A stretch of 64,000 nt of DNA, taken from Vitrella brassicaformis CCMP3155. Its lineage: Eukaryota > Protista > Chromerida. The translations under genes were made by a program, and so were the position numbers. How positions within the stretch are numbered: the first letter of the stretch is position 1; each line of letters opens with the position of its first letter. Under the pieces are notes generated by a model. That model saw only the letters and a program-made list of their open reading frames with translations, did no database searches and was not told the DNA's origin. The stretch is taken from positions 1 through 64,000 of the forward strand of contig CDMY01000378.1 of NCBI GenBank assembly GCA_001179505.1, written 5' to 3'. Of the stretch, positions 37,767-48,766 are shown piece after piece.

Positions 37767-40509
37767 ATGTCAGGGCTGTGGACGATGGCGACAAGGAAGG
37801 AGGTAGAGCAACAAGGCCCGAGCAGGGCCGCCGAAAAACGCACTTGTGCTGACCATGCTCTGCAGCAGTGCCTCGCCGGGCTCACGGCGAAGCTCTCGCG
37901 GCTGGCGGCGCTGCAGGAACGCATCAAAAAGCTGAACCACAAGGTCAGTGAAGCATTACATCGACATGAAAACTCCACCCGTTGCAATGCATGTGTTGGT
38001 TGTTTAATTTCCACCAGGCTGAGAGAGTATTTGAGGCGGCGCATGCAAAAGAAGAGTTCTCGGAGGAAAGTGACACAACAACACAGGTGAGGAGGGCGGC
38101 GCACACCACCAACACCAAGGCATCATTTCAAGTCGCTTCCTGTCATCATCAGTCTGTTCGGGGTCAGTGTGAGGTCCTGCTCGCCGTCCTGACCGGCCTG
38201 CAGGATGACGGCAAGAATGTGCACGAGATGGAATCCCTCGTCTGCCTGGCAAACGCCAAATGCGACCTCATCACTGCCATGATACAACAGCCGGTATGCA
38301 GGCAGACAGAGGGAGTTCCACGGACTCTAGCCTGGCCTGGCACCTATCGTTTGTGTGCGCGCATGTTTGGTCAGTCATTCGCCCCTTCACCCCTCCTCAC
38401 GCTCCCCGAGTGCTGCTTCACCAGCTACATCGGTCCCCTTCTCGGCACACGATCCATCATCGGCAGACTGGCCCTCTCAAACACGGCGCTGCACGCCCTC
38501 TCGCGCAAGCCAACCACGCACCAGACGCTGCACCTTCGCCCGCAGTCGAAACGGTTCGACTGGGACACACCGGTTGACCTGACCGACAAGCAGGTTGCTG
38601 CTTGGCGTGCCGCTTTCCGCAAGACAAAGCGGGCGGTGGTGGGGTGTGCGCCGAGGATGGGATTGGTTCACCTGCTCGAGCATGCGAGGGAGGCTCTGAC
38701 GGAGCTGGAGGCGTGGTCAGATGCTCATTATGTGGACGACGGCAGGTCACTGGAGCGGCGGGAAGAGACAGAGGGGGACATCGCCTTCTCCCTGCTGGCT
38801 CGCGTCAAGGTGGCGGGCTGGTGGATCTGTGTGGCAAACCGTCGAAGATGGACAGCCATGTAGGTGACTTCGAGGTGATCAAGAGACAGCTGGCCATGCA
38901 CACACACACACACACACGAATGTGTGCTGCGGGTTTTTGTCAGGTCTTTGACTGACGTCCACCTTCGCAACCTGCTCATCCCACAACATCACCAGTCTGA
39001 GTGGATGCAGTCTCATCCCGCGTTTCAGTCGTGTGCCGGCTACGGCGGAATGGATTGCAATCGCTGGCTGATCGGGCCAGGGCCACATTCTGTCAACCTG
39101 GAGGATGCACGTTCCTCAGGTGGCTGGGTGGGCGGGGAGCCGAATGGGTGGCGTATGGACGATCTGACATCCTTCATCACGCCTTCCATCACGTGAGGGA
39201 GAAGACTACCTACCTATGCACTCACTGCACATTCATTCTCTGTTTGTCTGTCGGCCAGGCGGATCAGATATTCGAGGCTACACCCGACAGACACCTGGTG
39301 GCGGCCATTCCGAGACTGCAGCTCGAAGAGCTTGACGCGTGCATCGACCGAACCGATGGCCCTGTCATAGAGGTCAGGACAAACAGACAGACAGAGTGCT
39401 GCGCACGGGCATCAAGAGTGCCCTTGGTGCTTGTTTGGTGTTTGCAGGGCTTGGAGGTGCTGCGATCGATGTTCGTGGCTCCCACCGGCAAGCTGACCGT
39501 CGCCTGCCGGGCCTTCGTCATGTTCGACACATTGCGAGAACTGGGCCACCTGGAGCTCCACCCTCTCTGGAGCGACACCCTCACTCAGCTCGGATCTGCC
39601 GCCCGACGTGTCGCATTCCCTTCCGGGCTGCCGAAGGGAGCGGCTGTCCCATCCGCTGTCATGCGTCACGTGCCGCACATGATGTTTTCGCATGCTCAGC
39701 AGCTTCTGCTTCAGGGGGCAGGGGCCGACTCTATCACCCTTCCTAGCGTCTTTCTGTCACACATTTCTGACCGCAACTTTCCCCGTGTGTACACCATGGA
39801 TCTGGGAGAGGCCAGGGGGGTGAGGCAGGAGGCAGTCAGCAAGGCCGTAGATCTCAAGCTACTGAGATTGATCCGTTTTGAGCGGAGGACGCCACAGCTT
39901 GGGTGGTTTCTCTTTCCTCTCTGTCTCGCCAGGTGCGGCAAGACAGGCCCGACTCTTACTCTATCAGCCCACTATGACAACCAGCAGGCCCCCAGTTTAA
40001 GTGTGCGTAGATGGTCGTTGTGGGAGCGCGGGGGCGCGCAGAAGAGAGGCATAGAGAAGCGCGTAGAGAGAATCGATGTCCATCTTCGTTGGTGCCACAA
40101 AGGGAATGCAGACGAGTCCCGTTTGTTGTCTGTCTGCCTGGAGGCGATCGACAAGTGCCCATTCCTCGACTGTATTTGCCTCCACGGCTTCTCTCTCGAT
40201 CAGCTAGGCAGCGACATCCCCGGCAAGCACGCACTGTTTTCGCATGGCTTTGTCGCCGTGCAGAAAACGTACGATTGCCTTGAGCTTTGTCGCGTGTTTG
40301 GCTGCGTGTTTCCCCGATGTATGGCTGAGCACGTGTCTCCCCTCCCTGCCTCTGCCGTTTTGGCGCCCCCCCGATCATCGATGGACGACAGCGCGTCTCT
40401 GTCAGAGGCTGTGCTGTCGCACATTGGTGTGCGCTTCCCTCGTCTGGTAGCCAGGCACCTCAGGAAGGAGAGAGAGAAGGCCATCTTTAGAGAGGTGCGT
40501 GCCAACTGA
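37767..40509 (+). CDS. Lineage-specific protein with an N-terminal coiled coil and a degenerate F-box-like motif
   Basis: Coiled-coil exons (LSRLAALQERIKKLNHK), then PLLTLPECCFTSYIGPLLGTRSIIGRLALSNTALHALS (F-box-like), and a long last exon ending at the 39001-40509 ORF stop. Confidence 0.55.
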
Positions 40510-40938
40510 TGTCTCAGGACATCTCAAAGTGCATCGGCAAGTTTGAGCATGCCGCGATGGAAAGTGACGCCCGCAGACTTTATCTGATGAGGCGTGATGT
40601 AGTCTGCGGGCGTCGTGGGGGTCGGGTGCCCTAGTGATGTGAGGGGGTGGATGTGTGAAGAGCGTGGGTGTCTTTTAATGAATGGGTTACACGATTGAAT
40701 TGAAATGCACATCCGGAAAGAAAAGAAAATCATGCACTCTGCCTCGAGCTCCATAGGTCTCCTCGTGTGTCGCAAACAGGCCAACGTCGCATCACATCAC
40801 ATCACATCCACACACACACACACACTTAAACAAACACACACACAAACGCCAGGCTTCACATGGACGAGACACACACAGGTCGTTAAGACCATCACCTACG
40901 CCAAAAACAACAAGTGTGGCTATCTATCAGACAGCCGC

Positions 40939-41243
40939 TCACCCCCTCTTGTCAGCGATCTCCTCGAGTATGCGACAGACGACCTCCAAACACGGCTGCA
41001 CCGTGGATATCTGCACCCTCTCGTCGGGCGAGTGGGCACCAGTGATGGTGGGGCCAAACGACACCATATCCATCCCTGACACAGACAGCCACACACACAT
41101 CCACCCAACACACGACACACACGTGTATGGACGCGTTGAACAAGGGGTGTTCCTCCTCTTCTTGCCTGGCAGCTTCTCGCCGAGCACGCCACACTCAAGG
41201 CCGGCATGCAGTGCAACCACATGAGGCTCGCGGCCCAACACAG

Positions 41244-41279
<36 letters not shown>

Positions 41280-43251
41280 GCAAGGCAAGTCAGGTCAGGG
41301 CATCACCCAGCGTGGCTGCTGTCCTTCCTTCTCTCTCCACATACCTTCATCTTGCTTTCTGTGATCTTGAGCAGCTCGCTGGCGTTGTTTGGCGGCCATC
41401 CGGGGTACATTGGTGGCTGATCGACCTCTATGGCGCCAAACTGCCTGGCCAGCACCGCTAGGTCGTCTCTGATGGCCTGGAGAGCGCACCCATGAAACGA
41501 CCGCGAAGAGCAGCCGATCGTATAGGCTGAAAGCACGGCCAAGCAAGGACGACAATGACGTGCATGGGGTGGCAAGATCCTTAGCGATTCACCTGAGTCA
41601 TCGGTCCTCTTGATGGACGCCACGTTGTTACTGGTCTCAGGCACTCCAGCCACACTGTGAGAGGTCTTCTGCACACCGTGTGGCAGCACACGCAGCAGAT
41701 TGACCAGGGTGAAGGCAGACGAGCTCGATAGACACGAAGACGGGTGGGCCTGCCCCCCACACACAAGCAGACGTCGTCATTTCTGCCAGGAATAGGGCTT
41801 GCTTGTTGGTTGTTTGCTCACCTCGGACGATGGCGTCACCTCGATCGTCATGTCTGGCTCCATCAGGCCATACTCCTGCGTCAGAGCCGTCATCGACGTC
41901 CGCACACTGGCATCCACAGCCTCGCTGGACGATGGACGAACGGCGATCACGGCTGACGCCTCCCGTGCGATTGCATTCCTCTTGTCGCCGCCACCGATGT
42001 CGACAGCCTTGACGCCATGCATGCTGATCAAGGGGGCGAGGACTCTCGCCAGCAGCTTGACCGCATTGCCTCGATCCTCGTGGATGTTGATGCCTACAGG
42101 CACACAGACAGACACCGGCCCATATGCAGATGGCGACATTTGAATGGCTTTGAATCACCTGAGTGTCCTCCTTTCAGCCCGGCGATCCGCAAAGTGCTGA
42201 TCTGCCAGTCGCCATGCAGCCTCTCCAGCGTCACAGGCATGACGATTCGCGTGTCGCCGCCGCCAGCGCAGCCGACCGTGACCTCACCCCATGATTCAGA
42301 GTCGAGATTCAGCATGTACTTGCCCGTCAGAATGGCCGGATCCAAGTCACGCGCGCCATTCAAACCTGAGACAGATGTACACACACGACAAAGATGCATT
42401 ATACCGATACTCTGGATGATGGGGACGGGTTGCACACACCTGTTTCCTCGTCCACGGTGAAGAGGCACTCGAGAGGCGGCAGTTTGGCGTCCGCAGGGGC
42501 AGCCAGAAGGGCCAATGCCATGGCGCACCCCACCCCGTTGTCAGCCCCAAGTGTCGTCCCATCGGCTCCCAGCCAGTCGTCACTGCTCTTGACGAGCTTG
42601 ATCGGATCATTGAAGAAATCGTGATCACGATCAGCATTCTTCTCGGTCACCTGACGAGTGGAAGGAAAGAGCCAGCGCGTCCCCGTTGCGTGAGCCATGA
42701 TGGTGGGTCTGTGTATGGGGTTCACCATGTCGACGTGGCCCTGGATGACCACTGTGGGTGCGTTCTCGCCTCCCCCAGATCCTGCCCGCCTGATAACGAC
42801 GTTGCCGGCCTTGTCCTGCACAAACGTCAGCTTGTGCTTCTCAGCATAAGACTTCAAAAACTGCAGTATGCGGCCTGAACATGACCCACAAGCACCAAGC
42901 ATCACTCACCTCACTGCAGATGTGTCCAGCTGTCTTTCTACCTTCATGTTTGCTCGGTCTGGGTATGTTTGCAATGATCTTGAAGTTCTTCCACACAGGC
43001 GTGGACTCCAGCAGACTCTCGAGCTCAAGGTTTGTCGCAGCATGCCCATTCATCCTCACACGGGTCTGTGTGGCGAAAGGGACGCGTAATCGCTGGCCGA
43101 GGAATGCGGCTCGAGAAGAGCGCAGTGCGACGAACGCCAGGGGCAAGAGGAAGCAGCAGACGACAAACAGACAGACAGACAATCTCGGAAGGATGCAGCG
43201 TAAAGATGATACGAAGTGGAGATCTGAGCGTCCACGCTTGGAATTGTGCAT
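40939..43251 (-). CDS. pepD: Aminoacyl-histidine dipeptidase PepD (peptidase M20C), putative plastid-targeting leader
   Basis: IPRPSKHEG, VIQGHVDMV, TTLGADNGVG, FTVDEETG, LNLDSES, GLKGGHSGINI, HAGLECG and SFGPTITGAHSPDERV give a complete PepD motif set. In-frame upstream leader from ATG 43251; a second ATG lies at 43053. Confidence 0.9.
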
Positions 43252-43418
43252 ACGAGGCTGTAGGAAAAGGAAAAGGAAAAGGAAAAGGCTCAAGTTTTCC
43301 TCAGGCTAGTAAGCTCGCAACCGATCGTGCGAGCTTTCGTTAACCTCACGGGGACCTTCCGGAGGCCAGGGATCTCACAGGACGTCAGCAGAGATCTCTA
43401 GCGAGTCTAAGTGCACCC

Positions 43419-44112
43419 ATGGTTGAGATCTACAAGGGAGGCAAAAAGTTCTCTGCATTGCTCGAGCACAATGCTGACCTTCCTGATGACATGGCCACCT
43501 TGGTGGAGCTGAAGCGTGAGATTGAAACGGCCATCTACCACCTCGGTAAGAAGATCCAAGCACAAACATCGTCGGTGCTCGCTCACATCGCTTTGATTCA
43601 TGTATTTGTGCTGCCTGCTGCAGAGCGGTCCAACCGAGAGCTGGATGCCGCAGATCCGGTGAGTCTGAGAGAGCAGCAATCCTTCAGTCCCTTCCATCCA
43701 TCAGCCAGTGCTTTGTCGTTTGCTTGTCTGTCAGAACGGTCGCGATGCCGACTTCCAAGAGGCAATCACGGAGAACATTGGTGCGCTGCGCACGAAGCGT
43801 GAGTTGTTGGAGAAAGTCAAGGACAAGATCGCCGAGCTGGAGGCCCACTGCTGCGACAAGACGCCCCACATCGTTCCCCCAGCCTCACTCATGGCCGCAC
43901 CACCGCCGGCCAGCGCATCGTCGGCTCGGAGGCAGCCTGAGGTGCTTCCCGACCCGCAGACGGATGACATTCAGTCGATGCAGGTGTATGCGGAGACCAT
44001 GGCTGCCAGGCAGCAGCAGCAGCAGGAAGCTGTGAGAGATGAGAGGATGGTGGGCGATGAGACGGTGGAGCAGGAGCAGCGGGAGGGAGAGGACGACGGG
44101 CTGAGCTTATAG
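43419..44112 (+). CDS. Small coiled-coil hypothetical protein (3 exons)
   Basis: MVEIYKGG..LKREIETAIYHL|ERSNRELDAADP|NGRDADFQEAITENIGALRTKRELLEKVKDKIAELE..., with an acidic/Gln-rich tail. Confidence 0.65.
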
Positions 44113-44610
44113 CATCGAGCAAGGCGCGACGACCAGCATGAATGAATCTTTTTCGTGTGCAGTGTGTGCGGGCATGAGTCTTTTTCGGCTGCGTGAGCGA
44201 AGATGATGAGTTTTTTCGGATCATTTCAGTCAGGGATGCGTTTCGTTGGGTCGCTTGTCAGAACAGTCTTGAAAACAACAAGAGTGGTCGTGGCCTTACA
44301 CATAAACACGAATGCGACATATAAGCAGGCTGCATCTACATAATAAATCAACGACACACATGAGTGAGGACGACGACCCTCGCAGCAAAAATCATCCCAT
44401 TGCCCGTCCACACACCGATGCCCCCACCCACACACAACACGATAGACAGACACATACAGAGCAAGTGGGATGAGTAGCCACGAGACAATACACCACCCGA
44501 TCTACACTAACGTGACCGACCATCACACATATAGTAGCACAAACCACCACACACACAGTGGGCGAAAAAAGCTGCCCTCAGGACGAATGGACCATTTCAC
44601 ACCATCACAT

Positions 44611-47600
44611 TTAAAGCAGGCCCCTTGCAAGCCGTGACAGGCGGCTCTCGATGACCGTGCCTGCACGGTCTGGGAAATTGAAGGCCGTCGCGATAGGGTT
44701 CTTCAATGAGCGCAGCACCGTCACCCGTTTGATGCGGGGACATCCGCCGCCCATCCCAGAGCTTGAAGGCCGCATGTGGAGTCCCAGCATCGCCACAAAA
44801 TCGCTTTCAGTCTGCACAGGGAAGAGAAAGATTGGTCCTGTGGGTGCTGACTGGCTGCGCCTACCTTGCTGCTGAACTGTCCCCTGAGTCTGTGTCGTGC
44901 CCCGTCCTCGCGGATGTCCTCCAGGTCCAGCTGCGTGACCCTTTCTCGTCTGTCGTTCTCGATGGAGCCTTGCTGGCGTGTGACGAGGAGCTCACCACCT
45001 GTGTGACAACACAGTGGACGGAATGAAACAGCGCAAAAGGCGTATGAGACTGTGCCCGCGTACCGAGTGCGCCGGCGAGAATCGCCCCTGCCTTGTGAGG
45101 GCACTCCATGGCGGACCAGGGCGCGCTGGGATACGGCTGCCCTCGCATTGGCTTGCCTGCATCCATCCATCCATCCATCACAGCAGAAACAAAAGGGGAT
45201 GGATCCCACATTGGCGTCGCCTCCCCTTCTGCTGGTCCGCCCACTGACCTACAGGGAGGACCGACACCAGGCGGCGCTGTGACTTGGCGCATTCCAACAC
45301 TCTCTGAGTGTGCGAGACACACAAATGCGCATTGTGTCTGTCTGTCTGTCTATCTGTCCGTCTGTCTGTCTGTCTGATTACCTGCAACCCTTCCTTGGTG
45401 ACATGTCCGTCGGCCATCAAATCGTTGGTGGGGTAGGCGATTTCAAAAATGCCATCTTCGTCTGCGGGACCCCCACCTGCAGAGCAGTGGATGTGTGGGG
45501 ATTTCATTCATCTCTCTCTCTCCAAAGCACCTGGGATGACACAGATGTCGCCGAAGTACTTCTTGATGGCAGGGATGACGCTCCCGTCCGTCAGGTCCCC
45601 AGGGACTCCGGACTCGGATTCTTCGTCCTCATCTGCAACAGAGCCATTAGAAACCAAATACAGTAGTGGCGGCTGTGCTGCGGACCGCATCTCGCTTCTT
45701 AAGTACCCGAGGCGATGCAGACAGCGTTGAGGAAGATCCTCGTGATCTCTTGAGCCATCGCTTGAAGAATGGAAGCTCGAGGACGAGTATGGCGCTGGAT
45801 GTCGCTGAACCCTATCACCTGAAACAGCACCACCACCACCACCACAACCACAACCACAACACCAGAGCCTAGATTTCCCACGGTGCCATTGTCCTTTCAC
45901 CCCTCACCAACACAATGGACAGCTCAGGGTTGCGCACGAGGACGTCCTTGATCTCACTGAAGCCACACACAATGGGCAGAAGAGCAGACACGGCACACGG
46001 ATCAGGACGGGTGTTCCTGTGAGCTCGACCTGGCAATGATGTTGAATTGGTTCCCTCTGAAGACGGAATCATCCCCTGATATGACCACCAGTCGCTTCGG
46101 AAGCGCTGTCGCCGATGCACTCGAGTTTCTGCTCGATAGATGCCGCTCTTGCTGCTCACCGACTCGCACCACCACGTCCTTGCCATCTGTCCTGTCGTCC
46201 GCAGCTCCATTCCCCTCCCACTTTGCGTCGCTCGTGAGCCCGATCAGGTCTTGCTGTTCCTTCTGGTCTTGCTGTTCCTTCTTGTCAGCCGCATTTTGGC
46301 GAGTGGCGGGACGGAGATGCAGGTGCGTGGGAGGCCACAGACGAGGCGGCCAGTCGTCGGCCATGTCGACCTTCGAGCGCTTGGTCTGGCCTCCTTCTCG
46401 GCTTGTGGGTTGGATGGGGCCTGTCTGCATGCTCTCCCCTCCCCTCTTGCGCGCGCCCTCGTGCATCTCATCATGCAGGCCCGGATGGTGGGCGGTCGGC
46501 CGTGAGCTGGCTCGCCGGTCGAAAAGAGGGCGTGGCTGTGCCTGAGTGGACGGCTGGTAGTGGCTGTTGTTCTGTGCATCCAGGTCCCTCAGGAAGATGG
46601 ATGTGTCGTTGAGCTCGTCAGGGGATGCACGTGTGGCCTGGAAGACGCCATGTGCGTCATCAGCCGCCTCTCGCCACTGCCGGAGGGATGAGCTCGACAG
46701 GCCACCGTAAGACCCACTGGTACCGGCGATGCACGAGGGCCGGAGGTACTGGCGGTAGGGCGACTTGTGCCACTCGATCTCGTTCTCGAGGTGGGCCACG
46801 AAGGGACGCACATAGCGACGGAAACCTGCAGGCAGAACAGGGAACAGCCAATGATGGGCAGCATGGCTGAGCAAGTGCGGGTGTGGCTGCTTACCGAGCA
46901 CCGAGAGCGATGCCAGCACACGTCTGATGCGCAGGTGGTTGTGGGGGAAATGCAGGAAGGCGTCACGGTACCTGCACACCAACACAACCATCCACTCATG
47001 TCCTCCCTCCCTCTTGTCGTTCGCCGCACCTACCGATTGTTGAAGTTGCCATTTGTGTTTCGCCCCACCTGGCCTGTCCGCTCGTCCACCAGGTACATGC
47101 CGAGGAAGTCCAGCCATAGCTTGTACGACTTGACAACACGACGAGCGACCTGCAAACAATCAGTGCACAGACGTATGCTTGGATTGCTTCCACGCAGCTC
47201 CTCGGGTGACAGCGCGCACCTCTCTGTCCTGGCGGCATGCACCGGCCTCCTCCCGGGTCAGCGGCCGGGCGTCCGAGTTGAAGCTGCTCTGGAAGTAGCT
47301 GGGGAACAGCCACTGAATCCACGAGTGGTTGCTGTATCAAGGCAGAAGAGCAGCATAACAAGCCTTCCGTGCCGCGCCGTGTGTGTGGTCTTTGCCTACT
47401 CTTCGAGCTCAGCGTAGTCGCCGAATCCCCACTTATGAATGTCATCAATGGTCCTGTACCTTCCACTAAAATCAAGGGACACACTACAGCCATGCACCAG
47501 GTACCCTAATGCGAAGCGTGACATGCTGACCCGAAGCTGACGGGGTGGTTGTTGCAGTAGAAGGACAGATTGGTGCCGCTCGAGGTGTGCCAGCGGCCTG

Positions 47601-47679
47601 CTGCTGCCCTGCCGGCGGCGCTGGCGCTGTCGTATACCTTCCTCCAGTGATGACCGGCGTACGGGTCCGGCGTGTACAT
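44611..47679 (-). CDS. OGFr_N (opioid growth factor receptor conserved domain) protein with an unidentified C-terminal alpha/beta domain
   Basis: MYTPDPY..NLSFYCNNHP|GRYRTIDDIHKW..ELE|DNHSWIQWLFP..FNSDARPLT|KSYKLWLDFLG..|HNHLRIRRVLASL matches OGFr_N. A low-complexity linker follows, then in-phase exons from KRLVVISGDD to ...RLARGLL*. Confidence 0.75.
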
Positions 47680-47913
47680 CGCGAGGGACCAGATAGATTG
47701 ACAAGGGAAGCACGTTCAGCAGGGATCTGGGAGGACGTCGCCTTGGGTAGAACAATAGGCAGGCAGGGATAGGAGAAGAGATGCAGGAATACATCAGCAG
47801 TAGGTAAGGGTGCGAGGAATACAGCAGGAATAGAGCTGGAGAAAGACGGGGGAGCTGCGAACGCAGTGCTGTCCATGTCCATCTTCCTCCAGCACTTGTC
47901 TTTCAAATCCGCC

Positions 47914-48542
47914 ATGGGTGCAAATCTCACCAAGAACAACCAAAGCGAGCTGCGCGGCGAGGTGATCGGTCGATTCCATCTCAGAGAGAGCATGATGGCG
48001 AAGAGTTATGACTACATCTATGAGGGCTCCACCTCAGACGCCAACAAGCAGGATGGCAAGCGAGGAGACGAGGATTTCTTCCCTCCAGCTGGGTGCTTCA
48101 AGTACGCCTTCAAGGTGCCTATTGGCACGTGGCTTGACCGGGACAATGGCTGGCCAGTTGCTTAGTAAGCGCACCACGTACGCACGCACTCCCATGGCCT
48201 CGCTTGCCAGCATCTCTCCCCGCGCATGTATATGTACGCAGCCACGGCACTGCGGAGGCGGCTGTGGAGGGCATCATCAAGAAGGGGCTGCTGATCAACG
48301 GAGGGGCGGCCACGCCTCCCCACGGTGCGGCATGCGGCCGAGGCATCTACGCATCGCAGACCCTGGACCGGGCTCTCGGCCACGCGGAGGCTTTCAAGCT
48401 CAGCTTCCACGGCAACGTCAAGGTCGTCTTCCTGGTCCGTGTGCGCCCTGGCAGCATGTCCAAGCACTGCGGCGGGAAGGTCTGGGTGGTCGACGATGAG
48501 GAGAATGTGCGTGTGGTGGCCATGCTTGTCGTGCCAGTGTGA
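47914..48542 (+). CDS. ADP-ribosyltransferase-fold protein (PARP-like, NEURL4-type) with an N-myristoylation signal (2 exons)
   Basis: gccATGg start, MGANLTK. Splicing TA|C restores WPVAYHGT, followed by IIKKGL, GRGIYAS, KVVFLVRVRPG and VWVVDDEENVRVVAMLV. Confidence 0.72.
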
Positions 48543-48766
48543 CGGCAGACGCCCTTCTTTCGCTTGCTTGCATGTACACTAGAGTTCTGCTGTGCTTCTG
48601 CCCGACTCTGGTATCTTGGAAGACAGTAAGACGCCGACTTTTTCATGAGTCCATTCATTGACAGCCTCAATGACAGGTCAGGTGTCGATTGCATGTAACA
48701 CATGCACGAGTCAACAATGAATGGACTCATGAATTCTCTCCCACATGCAACCAGCCCCACACCCCT

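Noticed and set aside
43262-43288. (GGAAAA)n tandem repeat
   Set aside because: A short simple repeat of about 4 units upstream of pepD with no further structure. It is not a CRISPR or telomeric array.
47484-47993. 169-aa minus ORF as the OGFr gene start
   Set aside because: Wrong frame for the NLSFYCNN motif, and it would overlap the ART start. The ATG at 47679 fits better.
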